Below, in pieces: positions 19,111 to 27,908 of a stretch of 64,000 nucleotides of DNA. The stretch is taken from positions 9,728 to 73,727 of the IMG/VR virus record IMGVR_UViG_3300047357_000359; one strand, 5' to 3'. Source of the DNA: a virus. A program made the position numbers and the translations under genes. The notes under the pieces are model-generated. The model ran no database searches. It saw only the letters and a program-made list of their open reading frames with translations, and was not told the origin of the DNA. Within the stretch, counting starts at the first letter, position 1; the number at the start of each line of letters is the position of its first letter.

Positions 19111-19139
19111 AATATAACATCTGTATTTAGTGTTGTCAA
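19111..19139 (-). promoter_or_regulatory. sigma70-type promoter with embedded TAAATA
   Basis: TTGACA-N17-TATATT on the minus strand. Confidence 0.7.
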
Positions 19140-19516
19140 CCTTTTATTTTAGATTTATAATCTTTTATTGCAGATTTAATTGCATCTTCGGCTAGAACTG
19201 AACAATGTATTTTAACTGGCGGTAATGCAAGTTCTTCTACAATGTCCATATTCTTTACTGCTGATGCTTCGTCTAGTGTCATACCTTTAACCATCTCAGT
19301 TACTAAACTTGAACTTGCTATTGCACTACCGCAACCATAAGTTTTAAATTTAGCATCTGTTATTATACCTTCTTCAACTTCTATCTGTAGACGCATAACA
19401 TCACCACATGCTGGTGCACCTACCATTCCTGTTCCTATATTATCTTTCTTTGGATCAAATGTTCCGACGTTGCGTGGGTTTTCGTAATGGTCAAGTACCT
19501 TTTCAGAGTATGCCAT
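19136..19516 (-). CDS. iscU: Fe-S cluster scaffold IscU
   Basis: MAYSEKVLDHYENPRNVG, GAPACGDVM, FKTYGCGSAIASSS, LPPVKIHCSVLAEDA. Confidence 0.95.
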   Translation of the reverse strand: MAYSEKVLDHYENPRNVGTFDPKKDNIGTGMVGAPACGDVMRLQIEVEEGIITDAKFKTYGCGSAIASSSLVTEMVKGMTLDEASAVKNMDIVEELALPPVKIHCSVLAEDAIKSAIKDYKSKIKG

Positions 19517-19559
19517 ATTAGCCTCGTGTAGTTATACTACATCTATTTATAACTTATAT

Positions 19560-19659
19560 TGGCTCTGGGGGAAGGACTCGAACCTCCACGATAAATAATT
19601 TGCCGTCATTTACCACACGAGAAACAATCGTGCGTGTCTACCAATTTCACCACCCCAGA
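19560..19659 (-). tRNA. non-canonical class II tRNA with GTT (Asn) anticodon and 9-bp variable arm
   Basis: 7-bp acceptor TCTGGGG/CCCCAGA, G73, CCA; Leu-like D arm; loop TT-GTT-TC; T arm GGAGG-TTCGAGT-CCTTC. Confidence 0.8.
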
Positions 19660-19665
19660 TTATTC

Positions 19666-20496
19666 TTATACTTTGTTAATCTTTTCTAGTGCAGGAATCA
19701 TACGTGTTATACCTATGCCTCCGCCTACTCTTTGAAAGAAGTCAAACTCTAAGAACTTTTCTAGTTCCGCTTCAACTCTTTCCTTACCGAATAGTTTGAA
19801 TAGTAACTCTGAATAAGCACCGTCTGTAATACTATGGAATGTATCACGCATCATATCAACATCACATGAACGTTCTGCTGATCCAATAGTTTCCATACCA
19901 CCTAGTATAACGTCCATCTTCTTTGCAGTATTTCCGTCATCGTTTCTAGCCATGTTCCAGAAAGGTGATGTTAGTTCAGGGAAGTTTGTAATAAGTGTTT
20001 GACCAAACTCTTTTTCCATTGCAAGTTCGTGTTCTGCTTCCATTTCTGTATCAGCACTTAGTCCAAAGTGTTGTTGCCATTCAGCATAAGTCTTTTCTGT
20101 AATGTTGCCAAAGCCTAAGTATTCACATAGTTCATACTCCATTGCTTTTAGATCATCTACATTACCTGGCATTTCAAATTCAAACATTGGAAATATTATA
20201 TCATGTCTGCCTGGTATTGCGTTTGGTTCCTGTCTATAGGAAGTGGAGACACAAAAAAACCCCTTACTATCGGGGCTACTTAATAATTCATGTTCTAACC
20301 ACATCTGGCCTGTTTGCGGCAATGGCCAAACCTGGCCTGCGTAATTGTATGTTGCTACATTGAATGGATCTTCACATGCGGCAAGTATGCTTAGTCTGTT
20401 TTGGGTATGGACTTCTAAAAATCCTTTATCCAAAAAAAATGACCTTAAAAGGCCAACTGTCTTCGTAAATTTATTTGGGGATATCAACTGCGTCAT
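19666..20496 (-). CDS. class IIb aaRS catalytic core (AsnRS/AspRS-like, no anticodon-binding domain; AsnRS2/AS-AR-like)
   Basis: Motif 1 RSFFLDKGFLEVHT, motif 2 YRQE..GRH..F.MFEFE, motif 3 GGGIGITRM; 276 aa. Confidence 0.85.
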   Translation of the reverse strand: MTQLISPNKFTKTVGLLRSFFLDKGFLEVHTQNRLSILAACEDPFNVATYNYAGQVWPLPQTGQMWLEHELLSSPDSKGFFCVSTSYRQEPNAIPGRHDIIFPMFEFEMPGNVDDLKAMEYELCEYLGFGNITEKTYAEWQQHFGLSADTEMEAEHELAMEKEFGQTLITNFPELTSPFWNMARNDDGNTAKKMDVILGGMETIGSAERSCDVDMMRDTFHSITDGAYSELLFKLFGKERVEAELEKFLEFDFFQRVGGGIGITRMIPALEKINKV

Positions 20497-20550
20497 TTTC
20501 TTTTTTTCCTTTTCATTAGTCAAAAAAAATTTGCTCAACAAGTGCCGAGC

Positions 20551-20721
20551 TTAATTTTCCTTCTCATTATTTATCCTCGCGCCTCCTGTTTTGCCGCAAT
20601 GCGGACAATGGAAAGTGTAACGTTCAATACGTAACTTTTCTTCCATTGTCGCATAGGTGAACCAGTTAGAACAACTAGTGCAAGTTAAATGCCATATGAT
20701 CTCTTTAACAGCATTAAACAT
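20551..20721 (-). CDS. 56-aa zinc-ribbon protein
   Basis: Manually translated; CTSC...CPHC. Confidence 0.6.
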   Translation of the reverse strand: MFNAVKEIIWHLTCTSCSNWFTYATMEEKLRIERYTFHCPHCGKTGGARINNEKEN

Positions 20722-20883
20722 CTAATCTTGTAATCCTATACAAGGAATAAGAATAGATTGCTTACAGTTATCTGGATAAGCAATAGCTGAACCAAGTATA
20801 GGCATACCTACCATACCAATAATGATAATCAAGAACGCCCATCCTAGTCCTTTTAGTGTGCAATAATTAGTTTGCTCACTCAT
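20722..20883 (-). CDS. small membrane protein
   Basis: TM plus Cys pair; overlaps the upstream stop. Confidence 0.55.
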   Translation of the reverse strand: MSEQTNYCTLKGLGWAFLIIIIGMVGMPILGSAIAYPDNCKQSILIPCIGLQD

Positions 20884-21169
20884 GTTCGCCACCTGCTCCG
20901 CGACCAAAGCCGCCAAAGTACTCTGGCTTACGTTTTGCAGTTTCAAATGTTGCAACAGTGACCGCTATGGCACCAAGTAATAATGTGTGTAGTACCATAC
21001 TGAACACACCCATGTACATGCTACCTACAATGATACCAAATACTGTACACCACATCCATGCAAGAACTTGCATAATCATATGTCGTGTACTAAAGTCTGG
21101 AATAACACTTAACGGATTCTTTTCATGATCCATTACTACATTCCAACTGTCGTATACCCATTTCCTCAT
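20876..21169 (-). CDS. conserved marine-phage membrane protein
   Basis: W..VMD..KNPL..IPD...RHMIMQVLAWMWC; AGGAG RBS. Confidence 0.65.
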   Translation of the reverse strand: MRKWVYDSWNVVMDHEKNPLSVIPDFSTRHMIMQVLAWMWCTVFGIIVGSMYMGVFSMVLHTLLLGAIAVTVATFETAKRKPEYFGGFGRGAGGEHE

Positions 21170-21240
21170 AAGAGTCTCCTTTTGCTTGTCTATACGTACG
21201 ACTAATGTAACATAGGAATTGACGGTTGTCAACCTAAAAG

Positions 21241-21316
21241 TGGTGCCGGCACACGGACTCGAACCGCGGACCTACTGATTACAAATCAGTTGCTCTACCA
21301 ACTGAGCTATGCCGGC
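21241..21316 (-). tRNA. tRNA-Thr(TGT)
   Basis: Canonical cloverleaf with CCA. Confidence 0.95.
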
Positions 21317-21318
21317 CT

Positions 21319-21392
21319 TGGAGCGGGTGAGGAGAATCGAACTCCTATCATTAGCTTGGAAGGCTAAGGTCTTACCATTACACAACACCCGC
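21319..21392 (-). tRNA. tRNA-Gly(TCC)
   Basis: Canonical cloverleaf, U73, CCA. Confidence 0.95.
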
Positions 21393-21499
21393 TCATGTGT
21401 TTAATATACATACTATATAGCATGTGTTCGGCTTAGTCAATCTCTTTATGAACAAGTTTGTTTATTTCTTTACTAAATACAACATAGGAACTGGATAAT

Positions 21500-21775
21500 A
21501 TGAGAAAACGTACAAGATCAATACTAGAAGAACTTAGTAGCTTTAGACAAACTACAGACAATGAAGCACTCGTACAAACTACGGGTAATAACCTTATTGA
21601 AAGTTCTATTAACTTACTTAATCGCATTGCAGAACAATACGATGCTGAAACTGCTTCGGACTTAGAAAGACGATTCATTAACAGTATACGTAGTGGCGAC
21701 CCTCGCAAGTTCAAACGTGGTGTAGATAAAATTGTTGAATCACGCAACAAAAAGGATACAAACAATGATTCTTAA
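21500..21775 (+). CDS. hypothetical late protein
   Basis: TAAATA promoter; first gene of the late block. Confidence 0.7.
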   Translation: MRKRTRSILEELSSFRQTTDNEALVQTTGNNLIESSINLLNRIAEQYDAETASDLERRFINSIRSGDPRKFKRGVDKIVESRNKKDTNNDS

Positions 21776-22469
21776 TGAAGGCGGAAACATATTCAAAGAT
21801 CCAGAGACTAAAGAACCTGTAACACAGCGTATCAATCAAGCTGACGTTGATCCTACACTTGCATGGTTAGAAAAGATTACAGGACTACCACATAAAGATT
21901 TTAAATTAGGTAGCACAGGAATTAGAAGTACAAGTGGCGATATGGATATTGCTGTTAACCAAGATGAAGTTACCAAAGATGAAATGGTTGCTAAACTTGC
22001 GGCATGGGTACAAAAGAATCACCCAGGAGACGATCTTAAAAAATGGATTAGAAAAAGTGGCATCAACGTACACTTCCTAACTCCAATCAATGGCAACCCT
22101 GAAGAAGGCTATGTACAAACAGATTTAATGTTTGGTGAGCCTGAGTTCATGAAGTTCGCACTCAAAGGCAGTGGCGACAACACACCATACAAAGGACAAC
22201 ATAGAATGATCCTTATTAGCAGTATTGCTAAAGCACAAGGATACAAGTTTAGTAGTGGAGCAGGATTAGTAGATAGAATTACAAATCAAACTATATCTAA
22301 AAACCCAGATGAGATTGCAAAAACATTAATGGGCGATACTGCTACAGCAAAAGATATGGATAGTGTTGAAACAATCATTGCAAAAATTAAAACAGACCCT
22401 AACTACGAAAACTTAGTTAAAGACGCTAGAGACAACTTCGAAAAGAACGGACTAGAGTTACCCAAATGA
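21765..22469 (+). CDS. Pol-beta-superfamily nucleotidyltransferase-like protein
   Basis: LGSTG...SGDMDIAV and VQTDLM; N-terminal ILNE. Confidence 0.6.
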   Translation: MILNEGGNIFKDPETKEPVTQRINQADVDPTLAWLEKITGLPHKDFKLGSTGIRSTSGDMDIAVNQDEVTKDEMVAKLAAWVQKNHPGDDLKKWIRKSGINVHFLTPINGNPEEGYVQTDLMFGEPEFMKFALKGSGDNTPYKGQHRMILISSIAKAQGYKFSSGAGLVDRITNQTISKNPDEIAKTLMGDTATAKDMDSVETIIAKIKTDPNYENLVKDARDNFEKNGLELPK

Positions 22470-23608
22470 GATTTAACGAAATAATAAACGAAGCAGAAGC
22501 TCGAATACAACATGCTGAAGACTTAATCTTCTTCCATGGTAGTGCAGGTGCCAAACGTGCATTGGATTCAATTGCCAGCATGGGTACAGGAGGACATACT
22601 AATGCAACAATTAAATGGGATGGATCTCCCGCAGTCATTTTTGGCCGCGATGAAAATGGAGAGTTCATACTTACAGACAAGTCAGGCTTTGGTGCAAAAG
22701 GATACGACGGCAAATCAAAAAGTGCTGATGACCTTGAGCAAATGTTCCTCAACCGTAGTGGTGGAAAGAACAGAGATAAACCAGGCTATGTAGCATTCGC
22801 AGGTAGAATGAAAGCTCTGTTTCCTATTGCAGAAAAAGCTGTTCCAATTGAACACAGAGGATTCTTTAAAGGCGACATGCTTTACTTTGATACACCAACT
22901 AACAACAAAGGCGTATTACAGTTTACTCCTAACACAGTAACTTACACAGTACAAGCAGACAGCGATGTAGGTAAGAAGATACTAGCAAGTCAAGCTGGTG
23001 TAGTTATTCACAGAGTAGTAGATGCGGCAGGTGCTGAAAGTCCTTTAAAAGATTACGACATGTTCCAAGGATCAAAACTATTAGTGTTACCTCCAGTAGT
23101 TGCACAAACGGCTCCAGAGGTTGACCTAACTAAACTAAAAAGTTTACAAGGTGTTGTTGCTAAGAATGGTCCTGCTATTGATAGTCTGTTAGACACAGCT
23201 ACATTACAGCAAATGCAAGTTAGTGACTTTGCACAAATACTTTATGCTTATACAAATAGTAAAGTAGACTCAGGATTAGCCAACTTAGGTAAAGACTTTG
23301 TACAATGGTTAACAACTAGCAAAGTATCTAAGAAGAAACAAGCAAAAATTATTGAGTATATTAAAACGCACATGAAGGCGTTTCAGGCAATGTGGCAAAC
23401 TGTTTCAGGGATAATGGAAGTCAAGGACGACATTATTACACAAATGGAAAGCAAACAAACAGACATTAAGGCATCTATCGCAGGGAAGCCAGGTGGCGAG
23501 GGCTATGTATTAGCCAACCCAGGCGGCGATATTAAATTAGTAAACCGCTCTGAATTTAGTAAAGCTAACAGAGCAATTAAACGGGAGAGTAAACATGAAA
23601 GCATCTGA
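22466..23608 (+). CDS. RNA/DNA-ligase-fold protein (DUF6267-like)
   Basis: Motif I TIKWDGS, FKGD, GEGYV, IKLVNR. Confidence 0.6.
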   Translation: MRFNEIINEAEARIQHAEDLIFFHGSAGAKRALDSIASMGTGGHTNATIKWDGSPAVIFGRDENGEFILTDKSGFGAKGYDGKSKSADDLEQMFLNRSGGKNRDKPGYVAFAGRMKALFPIAEKAVPIEHRGFFKGDMLYFDTPTNNKGVLQFTPNTVTYTVQADSDVGKKILASQAGVVIHRVVDAAGAESPLKDYDMFQGSKLLVLPPVVAQTAPEVDLTKLKSLQGVVAKNGPAIDSLLDTATLQQMQVSDFAQILYAYTNSKVDSGLANLGKDFVQWLTTSKVSKKKQAKIIEYIKTHMKAFQAMWQTVSGIMEVKDDIITQMESKQTDIKASIAGKPGGEGYVLANPGGDIKLVNRSEFSKANRAIKRESKHESI

Positions 23609-24002
23609 TTTTGATAGCGACTTCGCCGACATGAAAAAAGGGTTTGACCCAGCGGACGATGATAATGCAGATATGGATAAAGAATTTAAGCAAATGCCAA
23701 TGATTACACAGATTGGTAAGATTTTAGATTCAAGAGGTAACCCTAATCCAGTTACACATTTAACAAGTGAAACTGGCAAGAAATACAAAGCTAGTGTTAC
23801 ACATGCACAAACACTTAAAATGATGTTAACAACTGATGCAGTTAAGCCTGCAATCAAACGTGAGTTTACATTAGACATTGCACAAGACGAACTGTTAGGT
23901 AAAATGTTAAGTGCTAAGAGTCAAGAAGAAATGGTCAACATCTTTAAAGACAAGTATATGAAAGATGGTGGCAACACAGAACGCAGAAGTAATTACGCAT
24001 AA
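23595..24002 (+). CDS. hypothetical late protein
   Basis: Coupled ORF in the late operon. Confidence 0.65.
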   Translation: MKASDFDSDFADMKKGFDPADDDNADMDKEFKQMPMITQIGKILDSRGNPNPVTHLTSETGKKYKASVTHAQTLKMMLTTDAVKPAIKREFTLDIAQDELLGKMLSAKSQEEMVNIFKDKYMKDGGNTERRSNYA

Positions 24003-24874
24003 TGGAACTTAACTTTTTAACAGAACTACACGAAGCGAGGATGACTCGCAACACGTCTGATAACTCTAAATTAAGTTATACAGATTGTTGTGAGCGTCTT
24101 TACTTGATGACATTAGTGTTAGAACTGTTAAGAAAGTTTTCAGAGTTCAATGGTACCGTAGCAGGATACGCAACAAAGACTACACAGAATCAAAACTATA
24201 GACAGTTTAGGATGCATGGCACTGATCTCTATAACTTAATATATTTTGTTAGTGGAGACGATGATGCAATGATGAAACTCAAAGACTTTGAAAGTGCAAA
24301 GAAAGTTAGAGCTAGTACATTTTTACCTGTAATGGGATTAAACAGATGGCTAATAACTTTAAAAGGTACAAGCAAAACATCAGGCAGTGAAATGCTTATG
24401 TCAATTGAACGTGCTTGTAAAATTACTAATACTGATTACAAAACAATTAGACGAGCAGTAACTAATTGGGATAGGCTTAGTGGCGCAGATAAAAAGAAAT
24501 GGGTAACTAAACTATTACTTGCTTCAAGAGCTAAACTTCGTAACAGTGATATTATTATGTACCTTGAAGAACTAGCAAGAAAAGCTAACCTTGAAGATAC
24601 TAAAGTAAAAGACAACGAACCTACAGTAAGTAAGCCAGACATGGTTCCAACTACTGCACAAGACCTAGCACTATACAGATACATTGTTGGTGCAAAGAAC
24701 GTAATGGGAACTAAAAAGTTTTTAGATGCGGCAAAGAAAGGTCAAAGTATGTCACCTGCATTCGTTAAAGCATATCTACCAGCAGTAGAATTAATAGACG
24801 ATATCGTAAAAGCAGGCCCAGGATACATACAAATGCTACGAGCATTGCAAAAAAGAGCTAAAAACAGCCGATAA
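24002..24874 (+). CDS. hypothetical late protein
   Basis: Coupled ORF; N-terminal FLTELHE. Confidence 0.7.
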   Translation: MELNFLTELHEARMTRNTSDNSKLSYTDCCERLYLMTLVLELLRKFSEFNGTVAGYATKTTQNQNYRQFRMHGTDLYNLIYFVSGDDDAMMKLKDFESAKKVRASTFLPVMGLNRWLITLKGTSKTSGSEMLMSIERACKITNTDYKTIRRAVTNWDRLSGADKKKWVTKLLLASRAKLRNSDIIMYLEELARKANLEDTKVKDNEPTVSKPDMVPTTAQDLALYRYIVGAKNVMGTKKFLDAAKKGQSMSPAFVKAYLPAVELIDDIVKAGPGYIQMLRALQKRAKNSR

Positions 24875-24983
24875 TCCACCCATTTTCCTAAAACGGATAA
24901 ATAAAAGTAACCACAATACACGAGAAAAAGTGTGTGGCCATTAGAGCCGAGGGAAACCTCATTTATAACATAGGAGAAATAAA

Positions 24984-25322
24984 ATGGCTGGAGTAGCAAG
25001 AACAACTGGACTAGGACATGCACACGCAACGTTATATAGTACAGCAAATTTAGGATTTTACGTAGTTGACGCAGGAGCTTCATTAGCGGCTGAAGGCGGA
25101 ATTGGTAAAGCATTAGAACTAATTGCACAAGCAATTAACCCAATCGCAATGAACAGTGAAGGTACTGCTGGATTGTTAAACATTGTAGTTGACGACACAC
25201 AGTGGGACGCGGCTTCTTTACAAGCGGCAATCAGACACTTAGGTGCGGCGGCTGGATCAGGCGACTATGACGCGACTGGTGCAACTGTAACTGCAGGTGG
25301 ACAATTCATCGTAAGTGCATAA
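24984..25322 (+). CDS. putative virion structural protein (Ala/Gly-rich)
   Basis: Own late promoter, strong RBS, own terminator. Confidence 0.6.
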   Translation: MAGVARTTGLGHAHATLYSTANLGFYVVDAGASLAAEGGIGKALELIAQAINPIAMNSEGTAGLLNIVVDDTQWDAASLQAAIRHLGAAAGSGDYDATGATVTAGGQFIVSA

Positions 25323-25347
25323 TAGTACTAACGTAAATTAAAACTTA

Positions 25348-25380
25348 GAAAGGGCTCAGTTTTTACTGGGCCCTTTTTTT
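25348..25380 (+). terminator. intrinsic terminator
   Basis: AAAGGGCTCAGT/ACTGGGCCCTTT followed by a T-run. Confidence 0.8.
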
Positions 25381-25398
25381 ATGGCCATAAATAGATGC

Positions 25399-25803
25399 AT
25401 GGACACATTCATCATTGAAACACTCGTAGACATAACCAATACTGGATTGAACAAGTTCAAAACTGAAGATCGTCATTTGATTAATCAACAGTCTAACTGG
25501 AATACAGCACAGCAAGTTATGAGTATGAGAGCAAACATATACTTTGATACAAAGCCCACAGTTGAAAAAAGAGATATTAAAGACTTTGGTACAGCGTTTA
25601 AGGGCAAACATAATGTATGGTCGTTTCGTTTTGATGTTGAACAAGAAGGTGCCCTAAGTGTTGATGCACTAAAAGATGACTTTGATTTAATACCAGTTAT
25701 ACCTGGTTTAGATAGCACAATTACTATAAATAATAGTGCGTTCAGAACAAAAGATTCAGAGCGTATTAATATTATTTTTAAAGTAGTAGATAAAGACGTA
25801 TAA
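25399..25803 (+). CDS. hypothetical phage protein
   Basis: Follows ATAAATA; TLVDITNTG...QQSNW. Confidence 0.65.
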   Translation: MDTFIIETLVDITNTGLNKFKTEDRHLINQQSNWNTAQQVMSMRANIYFDTKPTVEKRDIKDFGTAFKGKHNVWSFRFDVEQEGALSVDALKDDFDLIPVIPGLDSTITINNSAFRTKDSERINIIFKVVDKDV

Positions 25804-25920
25804 ACTGCTAATAAATACTATAGTAAAAAGGCACATATAACATCTCGCATATAAACACATTAGGCTAACAGAAAAGTTTACTAATCACCATTTGAGCAAT
25901 GGGTTTAAAGGATAAAATAT

Positions 25921-26154
25921 ATGGCAACGCCGTTAGAAAAAAAGAACTTAGAAGCACACGTTGATTTGTGCGAACAACGATATATACGTTTAGAGTCACG
26001 TTTAGCCAGCGTTGAGGACAAGCTAGAGCATGTCCATAATGATATTACACATGGCAACAAAGCTATGTTTAAAGTTTTAATTGGTGCAACAGGAACCATT
26101 GTTGCAGGACTACTTAGTACTATTGTAGTCATACTAATGAACTTTACCAACTAA
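25921..26154 (+). CDS. coiled-coil plus C-terminal TM protein (holin/XhlA-like architecture)
   Basis: LEAHVDLC..RY..LE.RL..VE.KL followed by a TM. Confidence 0.55.
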   Translation: MATPLEKKNLEAHVDLCEQRYIRLESRLASVEDKLEHVHNDITHGNKAMFKVLIGATGTIVAGLLSTIVVILMNFTN

Positions 26155-26188
26155 TTACACTTCCCTACTTACATAGATAAATACACGT

Positions 26189-26473
26189 ATGCTGATACGT
26201 GAAGTCACATCAATAGACGAAAAACAAATTTGGGCACGTTCTGGAAAGAAAGTAGTCCGCAAGTACCGTTGTACCCAAGGTCCTCGTAAAGGACGTATAG
26301 TGAAGAAGATGTCGCAATGTTTTGCGGCACCTAATATTAAAGCAAGAATTAACATGAAACGCTTACGAGCTAAGATAGGCGGCAAGATGATGCGTAAGGC
26401 TCGCAGAACTAAACGTGTTAATCCTGTTTCACGCAGAGTACAAGCGTTAAATAAAGCTGGACGCAGAAGATGA
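26189..26473 (+). CDS. very basic protein, paralog A
   Basis: W...GKKVVRKYRCT.G.RKGRIV.K..C. Confidence 0.7.
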   Translation: MLIREVTSIDEKQIWARSGKKVVRKYRCTQGPRKGRIVKKMSQCFAAPNIKARINMKRLRAKIGGKMMRKARRTKRVNPVSRRVQALNKAGRRR

Positions 26474-26799
26474 AGATAGCAGAGATTAAAGAAGGCGTTA
26501 TCGGCATATGGGGCAAGACAAAAGGCAAGTTAGTACGTAAATACAGATGTACAAGCGGAACACGTAAAGGGCGTATTGTTGCTAAGCCGGCAACATGTAA
26601 CGCAACTAAAAGAGTTGGAAGTGCGTTAAATATTAAACGTGCTAAGGCTAAAAGAGGTAGTACAATGCAAGTCAGATCCTCTCGTACTAAACGTGCAAGT
26701 GGATTAAGTAAGAGAGTTGCTGGGGCAAATAAGCCACAGTCACAAGCAAGGTATAAAAAGCCTACAAGAAAAAAGAGTTTTAAAAAGAGATCTAAATAA
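26470..26799 (+). CDS. very basic protein, paralog B
   Basis: W...GKLVRKYRCT.G.RKGRIV.K..C. Confidence 0.7.
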   Translation: MKIAEIKEGVIGIWGKTKGKLVRKYRCTSGTRKGRIVAKPATCNATKRVGSALNIKRAKAKRGSTMQVRSSRTKRASGLSKRVAGANKPQSQARYKKPTRKKSFKKRSK

Positions 26800-27257
26800 T
26801 GAGAGCAGACGAGTTTACAAAACCAAAACAAGAACAACAGGTTGTTGAAGTAGTTCCGGCTATTGCGGCGGCAGTTGGTAGAGTCGGTGCTCAAATGGGT
26901 ACAGCGGCCGCGAAGGCCGGTATGAAAGTTGCTACTGCTGGAATGAAAGCAGGTGCTAAAGCTGGAGCCAATCTAGCTAAAGGTGCAGGTAAAGCGGCAA
27001 TGAAATCAATTGGCAAGGCACAGGCTAACATAACAAAGAGCATACTTAAAAAAGGTGCCAAGTTAGCAATGCCAACAGCAGGGCCAGGTGGCAAAGAACA
27101 AGAATTTGATATAGATGACGTCCAAGGCGATCAAGTCATCTTAAAGAATCCAAAACCAAAAGCAGGTGAACCACAGTCGTTTGTCTATAACAAAAAAGAC
27201 TTAGACGATGTAGTAAAACAAAAAGCTGATGCAATAGCACAAATGGGTAAAAGTTAA
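26799..27257 (+). CDS. Ala/Lys/Gly-rich late protein
   Basis: Coupled ORF. Confidence 0.65.
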   Translation: MRADEFTKPKQEQQVVEVVPAIAAAVGRVGAQMGTAAAKAGMKVATAGMKAGAKAGANLAKGAGKAAMKSIGKAQANITKSILKKGAKLAMPTAGPGGKEQEFDIDDVQGDQVILKNPKPKAGEPQSFVYNKKDLDDVVKQKADAIAQMGKS

Positions 27258-27472
27258 TGAAACTAAAACAAGTGCTAGAGGGATTTACAATACAAGTAAG
27301 CAATGAGGAACAGGAAATTCTAGATAGAATGACTCATATTACTCCTCTCAATGCTTTTCCTCAGAGGGAACAATTTATTATTGAGAATTTGATTAGAAAA
27401 GCGTTGGTAACAAAAGTTGCTAACAAAGGTATGACAATGGTGATCGCAAATGAACTCGAAACGTATAATTGA
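27257..27472 (+). CDS. hypothetical late protein
   Basis: Coupled ORF. Confidence 0.6.
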   Translation: MKLKQVLEGFTIQVSNEEQEILDRMTHITPLNAFPQREQFIIENLIRKALVTKVANKGMTMVIANELETYN

Positions 27473-27878
27473 AGATTTAGATAGTATTATGGAAGAAGGC
27501 CTTAATAGGGTACATGTTCCATATGCAAAGGGTAAGAGTGTTCGTATAAAGAACACCGTGATTAGACAGACGAAACAAGGATTTTTAGTGTTTGACGTAA
27601 AGACACATACAAGAATAGCAGAAACATTTAGTAAGCGTGGAGCCATTGCTTATGCAAAAGCTCGTGCTAAAGGATATGATGCAAAGTGTAGTGAAATACT
27701 AGATTTAGATGCAGGATTAAGCAAACATTACATGGATAGCTTGTTCCATAAGCATAGCATTGAACAAACGAACGACGAAATGCGTAAAATGGCGTTAGAA
27801 ACTAGGTTTGAGATAGCAAAAGACCGTACTTTTCAATATATGGACCAAATCGACAGGTTCATCTTTAACGAAGAATGA
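27450..27878 (+). CDS. hypothetical protein
   Basis: Overlapping ORF in the operon. Confidence 0.65.
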   Translation: MNSKRIIEDLDSIMEEGLNRVHVPYAKGKSVRIKNTVIRQTKQGFLVFDVKTHTRIAETFSKRGAIAYAKARAKGYDAKCSEILDLDAGLSKHYMDSLFHKHSIEQTNDEMRKMALETRFEIAKDRTFQYMDQIDRFIFNEE

Positions 27879-27908
27879 TAAATAATATTAATGTAAGGAA
27901 CAACTGAT

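Noticed and set aside
19560-19659. Calling the 100-nt tRNA an ordinary tRNA-Leu/Ser/Sec or an intron-containing tRNA
   Set aside because: The 5-bp stem/7-nt loop places GTT at 34-36. The extra sequence forms a clean variable-arm hairpin, not an anticodon-loop intron, and there is no TCA anticodon.
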